Source of the DNA: Candidatus Levyibacteriota bacterium
GTDB taxonomy: Bacteria; Patescibacteriota; Microgenomatia; Levybacterales; UBA12049
Length of the DNA: 64,000 nucleotides
Direction: 5' to 3'
NCBI GenBank assembly: GCA_038205015.1
Contig: JBBRCK010000005.1
Location: forward strand, 1,656-65,655
Position 1 is the stretch's first letter, and each line of letters begins with the position of its first letter. A program made the translations under genes and the position numbers. Of this stretch, positions 1 through 10,332 are shown in pieces. The notes under the pieces were generated by a model that ran no database searches, was not told the origin of the DNA, and saw nothing but the letters and a program-made list of their open reading frames with translations.

Positions 1-392
1 GGAATATCAGTATTTTTATTAAAGTTTATTCCTTTGGGAAGAGTAATTGTGGACAAAACAGTTGAAACTCCAGAGCAAACAATATTTAAAGTGTATGAAT
101 GCCAAGGCGAACTGGTAGTAACGATTACAACGCTATAACCATTTAGCGTCTTAGCACTGTCGCATTGAGCCACAGGCTTAACCTGAGAAAAAGCTCTTGA
201 TTTAGCTTGATTTAGAGCGTTAACAAAACTATTATGAGCCTGCTCTAATACTTGGGTTTTACTGTATGTTGAAAAAGAGGCGAGGCCTACCGTTGACAAA
301 ACTCCAATTACTGTAAAAACTATTATTAACTCAAGTAGGGTAAATCCTCGAACATTTGAGGCTTGAGACTTAAGATTTGAGATTAATTTCAT
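1..392 (-). CDS. Type IV pilin-like protein (runs off the left edge; absent from the ORF track)
   Basis: Manual translation MKLISNLKSQASNVRG/FTLLELIIVFTVIGVLSTVGLASF: class III signal peptide; ATGA overlap with the stop of 389..850. Confidence 0.85.
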   Translation of the reverse strand, partial: MKLISNLKSQASNVRGFTLLELIIVFTVIGVLSTVGLASFSTYSKTQVLEQAHNSFVNALNQAKSRAFSQVKPVAQCDSAKTLNGYSVVIVTTSSPWHSYTLNIVCSGVSTVLSTITLPKGINFNKNTDI

Positions 393-850
393 GGATTAAT
401 AACCGTATAATAAATTCCGGAGCTACAACCAACTCCACCAGGTGAAGTATTTGTTCCTTGGGAGTCAGCACTATTTTCTAAACATGCACCCAAAGTATAG
501 GTTGATCCCGTAGAACTATAAAAATAACTTCCTGAATTATAACTTCCACCTGGATCACACGGAATTTTTGACATATAAGTAACTGCTGGACTTCCTGCCT
601 GAAGAGAAGACAAACAGGCCCCTAGCGTTGTTCCAGCTGCTGCTTTATAGGTTCCCTGATCAGATCTATAAATTTCCAAAGCCGACTGAAGTTGTCGCAG
701 ATCTGATTTTCTTTGTGCATCCCTGGCTCTTTGTCTTACTCCGATAAAATTTGCCATTAAAAGTGTTGCTAAAACCCCAATAATCCCAACTACTATAAGT
801 AGCTCTACAAGTGTAAAACCTTTTTGTATGTTAAATTTCTTTCTCTTCAT
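389..850 (-). CDS. Type IV pilin / GspG-like pseudopilin
   Basis: KG/FTLVELLIVVGIIGVLA N-methylation motif; ARDAQRKSDL helix. Confidence 0.9.
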   Translation of the reverse strand: MKRKKFNIQKGFTLVELLIVVGIIGVLATLLMANFIGVRQRARDAQRKSDLRQLQSALEIYRSDQGTYKAAAGTTLGACLSSLQAGSPAVTYMSKIPCDPGGSYNSGSYFYSSTGSTYTLGACLENSADSQGTNTSPGGVGCSSGIYYTVINP

Positions 851-1467
851 GGATTTACGTTTGGACTGGAAACTCCAAAATTACATTTCGCACCACATAA
901 ATTTGCTACCGGGACACTTGAACACTCTTTGTTTACATTCAGACTTCCACAAATTTGCGGATCTGTTCCTCTATTTAGGTTAGCATATAAATAATAAGTT
1001 TGTCTATCTGCCGAAACATAATAAGCATAGTTATGTCCTTTTGTTGGATCACTAGGTAAAACATTCATATATGGCTGCCAGGCACTTCCCCAACCAAGAC
1101 AACCACCTGCGGCACTTTGAATTTGATACGTTGCCGCGCACTTTAAAGGATATTTACCATAATCCTGATAATAAGTTTCCAAACCCTTTTGGACTTGAGA
1201 CAAATCCGACTTAATTTTTGCGTCGGAGGCTTTTTTAAACTGGGTCAGGGGATCTAAAACGGCAATCGCCCCCATTGATAGTACAGACAGTATTGCGATA
1301 ACTATTATTAATTCTATTAATGTAAAACCAGAAGCATTGCCTACAATCCTAGGAATTTTGCGACCTGAAGATAAATTAAATTTCCCCAGAAAAGACTGAT
1401 TAAAGCCGCCACGATTAAGAATGGTCCAAAAGGAAGACTGTCCTTTAAATAATCCTTTTTTCTCCAT
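847..1467 (-). CDS. Type IV pilin / GspG-like pseudopilin (start uncertain)
   Basis: SG/FTLIELIIVIAILSVL motif; nearest in-frame ATG at 1467 lies inside pilD. Confidence 0.85.
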   Translation of the reverse strand: MEKKGLFKGQSSFWTILNRGGFNQSFLGKFNLSSGRKIPRIVGNASGFTLIELIIVIAILSVLSMGAIAVLDPLTQFKKASDAKIKSDLSQVQKGLETYYQDYGKYPLKCAATYQIQSAAGGCLGWGSAWQPYMNVLPSDPTKGHNYAYYVSADRQTYYLYANLNRGTDPQICGSLNVNKECSSVPVANLCGAKCNFGVSSPNVNP

Positions 1468-2147
1468 AAAACTAGTATGATAGAAGCTATTGCTCCTGTC
1501 AAGAAAGCGATATAAAAACAAACAATTATAGCTGGAAAACCAAGAATTAACCCTAAAAGAAATGATAATTTTATATCTCCACCGCCCATCCCTTGTTTTT
1601 TGGTTAAAACGTAAAACCCAACCGATATTAAAACAAAAAATGCAAAGCTTATGACTCCAGACAGGAAATGATTAAGAAAATCTTGGCTTTGAAAAATTAA
1701 TAGATAAATTAGGCTTAAAACAATACCTGCTAAAGTGATTTTATCTGCAAGAATTCCAAATTTTATATCCTGAAAAAATAACACAATAAATGCCGAAACA
1801 ATTGCTAAATAATAAATCAAAATGATTAGCGATTGGGGATTAAGATTTGCAAATTCATTGGAAATTGTAAATATGTAAGTTAAAATAAACAATGTTCCTG
1901 TTGAAATCTCAATAACCGGATAAAATATTGAAAGCTTAGCGTGACAATACCTGCATTTACCCTTAAGCATTAAATAGGATACAACCGGAATTAAATCTAA
2001 AGCTCCTAACTCTTTCTTACACTTATCACAACGAGACCTATCCTTAACTACGGTTTCATTTTTAGGAATACGGTCAACTAAAACATTTAAAAAAGAACCT
2101 AAAAATAAACCAAGAATGAAAATTAGAAATATGTTGATGAGGATCAC
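1341..2147 (-). CDS. pilD: Prepilin peptidase (A24)
   Basis: GSFLNV, RSRCDKC and CRYC Zn motifs, GMGGGDIKL, LPFGPFL. Confidence 0.95.
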   Translation of the reverse strand: MILINIFLIFILGLFLGSFLNVLVDRIPKNETVVKDRSRCDKCKKELGALDLIPVVSYLMLKGKCRYCHAKLSIFYPVIEISTGTLFILTYIFTISNEFANLNPQSLIILIYYLAIVSAFIVLFFQDIKFGILADKITLAGIVLSLIYLLIFQSQDFLNHFLSGVISFAFFVLISVGFYVLTKKQGMGGGDIKLSFLLGLILGFPAIIVCFYIAFLTGAIASIILVLWRKKDYLKDSLPFGPFLIVAALISLFWGNLIYLQVAKFLGL

Positions 2148-2151
2148 CTAC

Positions 2152-2742
2152 TTATCTTGTGCACCAGTAGCATGATGTTGGGTTGGCATCTTTATGAGCA
2201 GTGGTATCGCATAACACTCCAGCGTCTACTCCGGCAACAGTGTAATGGGTATTTGCATTGTGAAGGATTGATTTTGACGATGGATTAAAACATCCAACTG
2301 TCTGATTATTTGCCACTTCTTGGGTAATAAAGATGTATTTTAAATTATTAGATGTAGCAAACGCCTGTTTTAATTCATTATCTCCTATAAGCGCTGTTGT
2401 ACAATCATTCATAGCGCCTGTTGAAAGAAGTGATACATCTCCTGTTGGTACCGCACCAGCATGGCAATTTGCTCCGCCGTTTGCAACCGTATCCCATGGA
2501 TAAGCAGAATGAGTTGTGTAATATCTGGTAGTTGCGTTAAGCCATTCAACCAAAGCATTAGTGGTATTAGTATCTTGTGCTTTTTTGAGTTGTTCAAATG
2601 GATCGATGGTTGCAACAAGTGCTGCTGCCAAAACTCCGAGGATTCCAATAACGACTAAAAGTTCAATTAAAGTAAAACCTGACTTTATATTTTTTCTAAG
2701 GTTTTTGAAATATGTTTTCATGTACTTATTAATAATAGTCAT
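2152..2742 (-). CDS. Type IV pilin (start may be 2721)
   Basis: SG/FTLIELLVVIGILGVLAAAL; Cys-rich C-terminus. Confidence 0.9.
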   Translation of the reverse strand: MTIINKYMKTYFKNLRKNIKSGFTLIELLVVIGILGVLAAALVATIDPFEQLKKAQDTNTTNALVEWLNATTRYYTTHSAYPWDTVANGGANCHAGAVPTGDVSLLSTGAMNDCTTALIGDNELKQAFATSNNLKYIFITQEVANNQTVGCFNPSSKSILHNANTHYTVAGVDAGVLCDTTAHKDANPTSCYWCTR

Positions 2743-2782
2743 AATAAAAAGTTCTTGTCAATAGGCATTTTGAAGCTAGTTT

Positions 2783-3985
2783 TTAATTAATACTCGAAAT
2801 TAAACTATAAATTGGAGTAATAACTGAGATTATTAAAAAGGCAACGCCGATACCTAAAATTATCATAATAAAAGGTTCCATTGCTGTTGTTAAAGTTTTT
2901 ACTGTTTCGTCAACCTCTCTCTCAAAGTATTCTGACGCTTTTCCTAAGGTTTCATCTATTTTTCCTGTTTGTTCACCAACTTTTACCAGCTGAATTAAAA
3001 GCGGCGGGAAAATAGGATAATAACTCATTGCATCGCCAATTGTGACACCTTTTTCGACTTGTTTTGAAATATCTATTATTGCATTTTTAAAAATTACGTT
3101 TCCTGTGGTATCGGCTGTTTCGACCAAAGATTCAACTACTAGGGTACCAGTTCCAACCAGCAAGCCAAAAGTTCTTGCAAATTCGGCTAAAATTGTTTTT
3201 GAAATAAGTTTTCCAAAAACAGGAGTCCTTAAAAGAGTAGCGTCGATTATTGCTTCACCTTTTTCCGTTTTAGCCCATTTCCTATAACCAAAAATACTAA
3301 GTCCTATTGCCCCCAGCACAAGTGGCCAAAAACCAATCATAAAATTAGAAAGTCCAACCAGAATTTGAGTCGGTAAGGGAAGTGGAACATTAAGATTTAC
3401 ATATAATAAAGTTAATTGGGGAATAACAAAAATCATCATAATTGACATAATTACCACCATTAAAATTACAACTATTACCGGATACATTAAAGCTCCTTTA
3501 ATGGTACCTTTTAGCTTGGCTTGTTTTTCTAAATTATCTGCCAAACGCGATAAAACCTTATCCAAAAGTCCCGATATCTCACCGGCTTTAATAATAGAAA
3601 TAAAAATGGGGGTAAAAACTTTTGGATGTTTTTCAAGAGCCTGAGAAAATGTTTTTCCCTCCTGAATATCGTTAATAACCGTAGTCACTACCTCTGCCAT
3701 AAAAGGATTTTGCATCTGCTCTTTCAAAATCTCTAAAGCCCTCATTAAAGTAAGACCCGAAGCAAGCATTGAGGATAATTGTCGGGTAAAAAGTACTAAA
3801 TCGTTTTGCTTAACTTTCTTTAAAAACGGAAGATTTGACCAAGGCTTATTATTTGCGGTTACGATTTGAACAGGAATAAGTTCTTTACCTCTTAAGTAAT
3901 CTGCCGCCACCTCGATATCTTTTGCATCTAAAAGTCCTTGTACTAATTTTCCGTCTTTGGACACAGCCTTGTATCTTAATTGCAT
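2783..3985 (-). CDS. pilC: Type IV pilus platform protein (T2SS F family)
   Basis: FTRQLSSMLASG, AGEISG and VGEQTGKID duplicated T2SSF domains, MEPFIM. Confidence 0.95.
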   Translation of the reverse strand: MQLRYKAVSKDGKLVQGLLDAKDIEVAADYLRGKELIPVQIVTANNKPWSNLPFLKKVKQNDLVLFTRQLSSMLASGLTLMRALEILKEQMQNPFMAEVVTTVINDIQEGKTFSQALEKHPKVFTPIFISIIKAGEISGLLDKVLSRLADNLEKQAKLKGTIKGALMYPVIVVILMVVIMSIMMIFVIPQLTLLYVNLNVPLPLPTQILVGLSNFMIGFWPLVLGAIGLSIFGYRKWAKTEKGEAIIDATLLRTPVFGKLISKTILAEFARTFGLLVGTGTLVVESLVETADTTGNVIFKNAIIDISKQVEKGVTIGDAMSYYPIFPPLLIQLVKVGEQTGKIDETLGKASEYFEREVDETVKTLTTAMEPFIMIILGIGVAFLIISVITPIYSLISSIN

Positions 3986-3986
3986 A

Positions 3987-5054
3987 TTATCCAACCATTC
4001 TTAATAATTCATCCGGTCTAAGGGCGTATGATTTTGCAGTTTCCAAACTAATGGTTCCTGCCAAAACCAAAGAAGCAAGGGAAGATTCTAAAGTTATCAT
4101 TCCCGCGTCCTGAGAAGTTTGAATAATCGAATCTATTAAATGAGTTTTTCCCTCCCTAATATTGGTAGCTATGGCAGAAGTACCGGTTAGAACTTCAACT
4201 CCCGGAACTCTTCCTCCGTCAATTTTTGGAATAAGACGTTGAGAAACAACACCTTTTAATGTAGCTGCAAGCTGGCTTCTAACCTGGGTCTGCTGGGAAG
4301 CGGGGAATGAATCGATGATTCTGTCAATTGTTTGGGACGCTGAATTTGTATGAAGAGTTGAAAAAACTAAATGGCCGGTTTCGGCAATCGTTAAAGCGGC
4401 TGCAATTGTTTCGGGATCTCTCATTTCTCCGATCAAAACAACATCCGGATCTTCTCTTAAAGCACTTTTTAAAGCTAAAGACCATGAATGAGTATCAATA
4501 TCCATTTCACGTTGGGAAATCATACTTTTTCCACCCGGATAAACGTATTCAATCGGGTCTTCAATGGTTAAAATATGTACTGCGTTATTCAAATTAATTT
4601 CGTTCATTATTGCTGCAATGGTGGTAGATTTTCCCTGACCGGTTGGTCCGGTTACCAAAATAAAACCTTGTTTTAAAGCTGAAAAACTGTGTAAAATTCT
4701 AGGAAGTTTTAATTCTTCAATTGTTCTAATAATCGGCTGCAAAAATCTAAAGGCAGCCGAAAGCGCACCTCTTTGATAATAAATATTTGACCTAAATCTT
4801 CCAAGCTCTCCGTAAGAACCCCCGCCGAATCCAAAAGAAAAATCGATTTCTTTATTATTGATTAGCATTTCTTTTTGGTCGGGTTTTAAAATTCCAAAAA
4901 TCATTTCTTCCATAATCTGAGACGTTAAAGGAGGATAGTTAGACATGTATCTTAAATTTCCATCAATTCTTACTGCCGGAGGAACACCGGGTAAGAGATG
5001 CAAATCGGATGCATTATTTTTTATTGTTAAATCTAAAAGTTCGTGTATCGTCAT
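3987..5054 (-). CDS. pilT: Pilus retraction ATPase
   Basis: ASDLHL, Walker A GPTGQGKST, LREDPDVVLIGEMRD, STLHT, AIATNIRE (AIRNLIRE-like). Confidence 0.95.
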   Translation of the reverse strand: MTIHELLDLTIKNNASDLHLLPGVPPAVRIDGNLRYMSNYPPLTSQIMEEMIFGILKPDQKEMLINNKEIDFSFGFGGGSYGELGRFRSNIYYQRGALSAAFRFLQPIIRTIEELKLPRILHSFSALKQGFILVTGPTGQGKSTTIAAIMNEINLNNAVHILTIEDPIEYVYPGGKSMISQREMDIDTHSWSLALKSALREDPDVVLIGEMRDPETIAAALTIAETGHLVFSTLHTNSASQTIDRIIDSFPASQQTQVRSQLAATLKGVVSQRLIPKIDGGRVPGVEVLTGTSAIATNIREGKTHLIDSIIQTSQDAGMITLESSLASLVLAGTISLETAKSYALRPDELLRMVG

Positions 5055-5059
5055 ATTCT

Positions 5060-6799
5060 TTATTCTTGAGCTACTCTAAGTACTTCTTCAACGGTTGTTG
5101 TCCCGGCGAGTACTTTTAAGTAACCATCCTGTTTCATGGTTATCATTCCCTCGGCAACTGCTTCTTTTTCTATTGTACCTGAATCGGCATGCTGCAATAC
5201 AAGACCCGCAATTTTTTCCGTAATCGTCAAGGTTTCAAAAATTCCTACTCTCCCCAGATATCCGGATTGACCACACTGGTCACAGCCTTTGCCTTTATAA
5301 AATTTTATTTCTTTTTGATCTAATGGGAAATATTTTCCTAAAACAACTTTCATTTCATCAACAATCTGTTGCGGGGGGACATAATCCACTTTGCATGTCT
5401 TGCAAATTTGCCTGACAATTCTTTGTCCTAAAACCGCATTCATCGTTGAAGCCAGTAAAAATGTTTCTGCCCCTAAATCCAAAAGCCTAGGAAGCGCTCC
5501 TGTAGCATTGGACGTATGAAGCGTTGAAAAAACCAAATGGCCGGTTAAAGCTGCTTGAATTGCCAACTCGGTTGTTTCTTTGTCACGTATTTCTCCTACA
5601 AGGATAATGTTAGGATCTTGCCTTAAAAACGACCTTAATCCTTCGGCAAAAGTTAAGCCAACGGCCGGATTTACCTGAACCTGATTAATTCCCGGCATCT
5701 GATACTCAATAGGATCTTCCAACGTTGAAATATTAACCCTGGTCGTGTTTAGTTTATTCAAAACCGAATATAAAGTAGTAGTCTTACCCGAACCGGTTGG
5801 TCCTACTACTATAATAATACCGTGAGGTCTAAGCATTGCTGTTTCTAAATTTCGAAGTGACGAACCGTTTAATCCAAGCTCTTCCAAAGAGGGGACACCG
5901 CCCGATTTTCGAAGAAGCCTCATTACGATTTTCTCGCCAAATGAAGTTGGCAAAACAGAAATTCTAAGATCGACCTCTTTATCTTCGACTTTAAAATTAA
6001 AACGCCCATCCTGTGGAGTACGGTGTTCATCGATTTTCATTTCGGCTAAAATTTTGATTCTTGAAATTACCGCTTCCTGGACGCTTTTAGGAAGCGAAAG
6101 CCTATCGTATAAAATTCCGTCAATTCTGTATCTAACCCTTACTCTATCCTCTTGCGGTTCAATGTGAACATCGGAAGCCCTGCTGGTTACGGCATATTCC
6201 AAAATTGTTGAAACTATTTTTGCAATTGGAGCTTCTTTAATAATCTGGGCAATCTGATTAGTGTCAATGGTTTTAATTTTCCCCCTATCTTCGGTTTCTT
6301 TTATTGCAGCTCCGACTTCTCCTACCAATTCCTGCCTATACTGCTCACTAATTGCTTTATCTACTTCAGTTTTAGAAGATGCAAAAGCCTTTATGGTAAG
6401 ATTTGTTTTTTCTCTTACAAAAGTTATTGAATCTAAATCTACAGGATTACTCATCGCAATCGAAAGAGATTGATTTTTATCATCATAAGCAAAAGGAATA
6501 AGCGAGAATCTTTCGGCAACTGCTCTTGGAACAAAACTTAAAGCTTCGGGAGAAAAAGAGGCAGTTTCTAAATCAACATAGGGAATATCCCAAAGCTTGG
6601 CCTTTGCCCGGGAAACCTTTTCGTCCGAAACAATTGCCAAAGCCTCAAGTATTGATTCTTCGGGCACTCCTTTACTTGCGCTTTTTACTTTAATATCATC
6701 GTATTGCTCTTGTGTTAAGAGCTTATCGGCAAATAAAATGTCAGCAAGACTTTGATTTTCGGATTGTTCTTGAATTTGTGTAGTAGTTAAATCGGGCAT
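5060..6799 (-). CDS. pilB: Pilus assembly ATPase (GspE/PilB)
   Basis: ASDVHIEP, GPTGSGKTT, LRQDPNIILVGEIRD, CxxC...CxxC Zn motif. Confidence 0.95.
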   Translation of the reverse strand: MPDLTTTQIQEQSENQSLADILFADKLLTQEQYDDIKVKSASKGVPEESILEALAIVSDEKVSRAKAKLWDIPYVDLETASFSPEALSFVPRAVAERFSLIPFAYDDKNQSLSIAMSNPVDLDSITFVREKTNLTIKAFASSKTEVDKAISEQYRQELVGEVGAAIKETEDRGKIKTIDTNQIAQIIKEAPIAKIVSTILEYAVTSRASDVHIEPQEDRVRVRYRIDGILYDRLSLPKSVQEAVISRIKILAEMKIDEHRTPQDGRFNFKVEDKEVDLRISVLPTSFGEKIVMRLLRKSGGVPSLEELGLNGSSLRNLETAMLRPHGIIIVVGPTGSGKTTTLYSVLNKLNTTRVNISTLEDPIEYQMPGINQVQVNPAVGLTFAEGLRSFLRQDPNIILVGEIRDKETTELAIQAALTGHLVFSTLHTSNATGALPRLLDLGAETFLLASTMNAVLGQRIVRQICKTCKVDYVPPQQIVDEMKVVLGKYFPLDQKEIKFYKGKGCDQCGQSGYLGRVGIFETLTITEKIAGLVLQHADSGTIEKEAVAEGMITMKQDGYLKVLAGTTTVEEVLRVAQE

Positions 6800-6844
6800 T
6801 ACTATTATAGTAGAAAAAAATGTGGTATAAAGTCAATTAGTTTT

Positions 6845-7501
6845 ATGCAAAGTGCGATAATCGTAGGCCTAGAAGAGAAGGCAAAAGAAAGGGTTTGGGA
6901 AATTGCCAAAGACAATAATGTCTCCAAATTTGACGTAGAAATTTTGGAAACCGAAAAAGCTCTAGGGATTCCCGATGTCAGATTATTACAAAAAAGGGTT
7001 TTTCTAAAACCTTTAAAAGGGGATAAAAAAATGATTGTAATAGAAGCTTTTTTTGGAGCAACACCGGAAGCACAAAATTCACTTTTAAAAGTCTTGGAAG
7101 AGCCACCAATTAGCACAATAATGATTATTCTTGCTAAAACAACCGACTTTTTACTTCCTACAATTCTTTCCAGATGTACAATTTTAGAAATTACAAAAAA
7201 GAAAAAATTAACAGACGAAGATTTAGAAAAAAACTTAAATATTCTAAAACAGATTAAACAAAATAAAGTTGGAAAAGGTTTTTTGTATGCGCAAAATAAT
7301 GGAAAGAGCAGGGAGGAAGCATTAGTTTTTATAGAAGATTTAATTGTTTCACTACATTCAACAATTACTAAAACAAACAATGATTTTTCTCTGAAAGAAA
7401 TTCAGAAGATGTTAAAAGAGTTACAAAAATTTCGTAAAATTATCAAAACAACCAATATAAATATTAGGTTTACTTTAGAAAATTTATTTTTGAATTTTTA
7501 A
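6845..7501 (+). CDS. holB: DNA polymerase III delta-prime-like subunit (short form)
   Basis: AQNSLLKVLEEPP and LLPTILSRC motifs. Confidence 0.8.
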   Translation: MQSAIIVGLEEKAKERVWEIAKDNNVSKFDVEILETEKALGIPDVRLLQKRVFLKPLKGDKKMIVIEAFFGATPEAQNSLLKVLEEPPISTIMIILAKTTDFLLPTILSRCTILEITKKKKLTDEDLEKNLNILKQIKQNKVGKGFLYAQNNGKSREEALVFIEDLIVSLHSTITKTNNDFSLKEIQKMLKELQKFRKIIKTTNINIRFTLENLFLNF

Positions 7502-8725
7502 ATGAATCAGGAAAACAATCTTAGATTATTGGCCAAAATATCACTGATAGTTTTTGCGTATATTTTAATTTACTTTTTCTATAATGGTTTTCTTGTAAAA
7601 ATATACGAAGGAGACAGTCTAAATTATCACATTCCCATTGCCAAAGCTTTTTTAAATGGAACCATAATCAACCCGGTCCATATTAACGGAAATAGTTTTT
7701 TAAGATATTATCCTGGCTCATCCGAGGGAATTTTGGCAGCATTGATTTTGATTGGACTGCCGATGAGCATTTTCAACGTACTTGCAGCTATTTTTCTTTT
7801 TATCGTGCTTATTTATTCAGGAAAGAAATTTGAATTAAATAACTACTTATCAATTATTTTTGCTTCAAGTATTGTTACGCTACATACTATTATTAGATGG
7901 ATTAATACACAAGTAATCGACTCTTGGATCGTGGCATTTTTTATGCTGACTTTGGCCCTTTTACAAAAACCGGAAAAGAAAATAAGTTATTTTTTACTGC
8001 TTGGCTTATCTTCCGGAATGTTAATTGGCACGAAGTATACCGGCTTAATTTATTTAATTGTTTTACTTATTTTTCATTTCCAAAAACTTATAAAAGTATT
8101 AAACCTAAAGCAGCTTTTATATTTTTTAATTCCATTCACAATCTTGGGGCTTATTTGGTATTTTAGGAACTTAATTGTAATTAATAACCCTCTATATCCT
8201 TTTCCATTTTTATTCTTTAAGGGGGTACATATGGATTTTCAAAGCAATAACGTTTTAAGAGCTTTTTTCTACCCGGATGGAATTGTCAGGTTTTTAAATG
8301 GAGCACTTAGCGAATACGGACTATGGATAATTTCACTTTTTGCCCCGCTTTTATTTCTATTTAAGAAATTTAGACATGATAAAAATTTGTCAAAGGCAAG
8401 AATGTTAATTTTTATCGCAATAATAAATTTTGGGGTGTTTTTATTTCTTCCTTCGGACAAGTACTATCATATTGTAGTTTCTGTTTTTAGATATAGCTAT
8501 CCCGTATTTGTACTGGTAATTCTAAGCTTTTTCGTAATTGCTCAAAAATTAAAAAAAGATTTATTAATTGCATTTTTAGCTCTTACCGGATTAATAATTA
8601 TTCCCGAAATTAGATTACTGCCAAAACTTATGTTTATATTTATACCGGTTGCCATTGGTATATTTTATTTTGAAGAAATTTATTCTTTTATGAAAAATAA
8701 AGTGCGTTTAAAAGGTGGAAAATAA
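7502..8725 (+). CDS. Polytopic membrane protein, probable GT-C fold glycosyltransferase
   Basis: Many TM helices, early loop DSLNYHIP, GTKYTG and WYFRN...NPLYP motifs typical of ArnT/PMT-like proteins. Confidence 0.55.
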   Translation: MNQENNLRLLAKISLIVFAYILIYFFYNGFLVKIYEGDSLNYHIPIAKAFLNGTIINPVHINGNSFLRYYPGSSEGILAALILIGLPMSIFNVLAAIFLFIVLIYSGKKFELNNYLSIIFASSIVTLHTIIRWINTQVIDSWIVAFFMLTLALLQKPEKKISYFLLLGLSSGMLIGTKYTGLIYLIVLLIFHFQKLIKVLNLKQLLYFLIPFTILGLIWYFRNLIVINNPLYPFPFLFFKGVHMDFQSNNVLRAFFYPDGIVRFLNGALSEYGLWIISLFAPLLFLFKKFRHDKNLSKARMLIFIAIINFGVFLFLPSDKYYHIVVSVFRYSYPVFVLVILSFFVIAQKLKKDLLIAFLALTGLIIIPEIRLLPKLMFIFIPVAIGIFYFEEIYSFMKNKVRLKGGK

Positions 8726-9374
8726 ATTTTACTCCGGTGATTGTTTTTAGCTTTGATTTACCCCATTTTCTGGCGTTTTCCCTTGATGGCACCTCAACTA
8801 TTTTTAAACCTTTTTTTAATGCATTAACCACCATTTCTTGTTCTAGTTCATGCCCGTTAGCTTTTAAATTAAGTTTTGATATGGAAGACTTTCTTAAAGC
8901 TCGGAAACCAAAAAGTATGTCACTAAAATTTGAGCTAAATCTTTTATTAAGTAAATAAACCAGAAAATCCGAACCGCTGGACCTAAGAAGCCCTTGGAAA
9001 TCCATTTTTAAATCAAAACTTCCACCGGTTCTTCTTGAGCCGATTACCACATCGGCTTTTTCTTCAAAAAGGGGAGTTAGAATTTTTGGGATGTCTTTAT
9101 AATCTGATGAGCCGTCTGCATCAAAAATTAAAATATACTCATACTTTGCTTTTTTAAAACCCATTCTGACCGCTTCGCCCCGTCCTTTTCCATGATCAAG
9201 TATGTATCTTGCATTAACTTTTTTAGCAATTGCTTTAGTATTATCTTTTGAGTGCCCGTCAATTACAATAATATCGTTTGAATAAGCTTTAATGCTTTTG
9301 AGAACTTTTTCCAAGCCCTCTGCTTCGTCTTTGCAAGGAACAAGAATGCTTACTTTATCTTTGTTATATCTCAT
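8688..9374 (-). CDS. Glycosyltransferase family 2 (DPM1-like)
   Basis: VSILVPCKDE, IDGHSKD, FDADGS (DxD), VIGSR; start placed at MRYNK after TGnTATAAT. Confidence 0.9.
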   Translation of the reverse strand: MRYNKDKVSILVPCKDEAEGLEKVLKSIKAYSNDIIVIDGHSKDNTKAIAKKVNARYILDHGKGRGEAVRMGFKKAKYEYILIFDADGSSDYKDIPKILTPLFEEKADVVIGSRRTGGSFDLKMDFQGLLRSSGSDFLVYLLNKRFSSNFSDILFGFRALRKSSISKLNLKANGHELEQEMVVNALKKGLKIVEVPSRENARKWGKSKLKTITGVKFIFHLLNALYFS

Positions 9375-9461
9375 AATATTTGGGATTATACCACAGGCTT
9401 TTCTTTTAGAATTTGTTTTGCGGATTGACAAATTATTTCCTAACAATATAATAAACTTACA

Positions 9462-9674
9462 ATGGCAGTAGAAGCACCAGGGCAAAAAGGCTACGTTCCA
9501 ACAAGTATTTGGCCTACGGAAATTTTTCCTGAACCAGGTACGTGCCTCATAAAACCGATGGGTCCTCAAGAAGAAGTAATTGATTTAGGACAACCCGTTA
9601 ATCCCGGACAACTAGACCTTGGATTTACAATTTATCCAAAAATCCCCCAATCCATATTAAGAAAGCTCGTGTAA
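9462..9674 (+). CDS. Small orphan protein
   Basis: Own TTGACA (9425)..TATAAT (9447) promoter 9 nt before ATG. Confidence 0.55.
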   Translation: MAVEAPGQKGYVPTSIWPTEIFPEPGTCLIKPMGPQEEVIDLGQPVNPGQLDLGFTIYPKIPQSILRKLV

Positions 9675-9738
9675 TCCACTATCACCACATATAATTTTTG
9701 TGTTGACATCTCTATATTTAATATACAATAGTATTCTT

Positions 9739-10284
9739 ATGGATGAGCATGGAGATATTCCCGCAGGAGAACCGGAAACCCCACCGGATGCAGAACAAGT
9801 AATTCTCGAAAACGTGGCAAGATTATTAGGCTCTAAAGATGGACCTCAACCGACAATACATTCTGGTTTAGACGCTATAGTACCGGTCGAGGATTTATTA
9901 GAAATTGATAGAAGAGCAGAAAGAATTTCCTTATCTTCGGCGCAAACCGGAGATGTTATTTGGTGGAAAACACAAAGCGGAACCAACGGATATTTTTTGG
10001 TGAATGAGGCCTATACAAACAGTGGAAATGGCCTAAACGGAATAAAAGATGGAATTGGTAAATTTTTAATCACCAGAAGAGAAGGTCATCCCTTAGGGGA
10101 TCAAAACGGAGAAGGAAACATCATGGGAGCAACTCTAGGCGGAATGTTAAAAAAGGACACTATAATGAAAGGTGCTCAGTTGGAATACGAAATCACAGTA
10201 AGCGAAGCCCCTGCTAAACAATATAAAACAACTTCTGTAACAGAAATGGGTATCATAAAAGCTGGACAACTATCTCAAAAATAA
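9739..10284 (+). CDS. Hypothetical protein
   Basis: Long ORF, TTGACA at 9703; start placed at MDEHG. Confidence 0.7.
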   Translation: MDEHGDIPAGEPETPPDAEQVILENVARLLGSKDGPQPTIHSGLDAIVPVEDLLEIDRRAERISLSSAQTGDVIWWKTQSGTNGYFLVNEAYTNSGNGLNGIKDGIGKFLITRREGHPLGDQNGEGNIMGATLGGMLKKDTIMKGAQLEYEITVSEAPAKQYKTTSVTEMGIIKAGQLSQK

Positions 10285-10332
10285 CCTCGGAAAATTTGTT
10301 CTTAAAGTAAAAAGTGATACAATTCACAAATT

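Noticed and set aside
6805-7380. Long antisense ORFs in the track (e.g. 6805..7380, 27445..27945, 20009..20431)
   Set aside because: Shadows of well-supported genes on the opposite strand, with no motifs of their own
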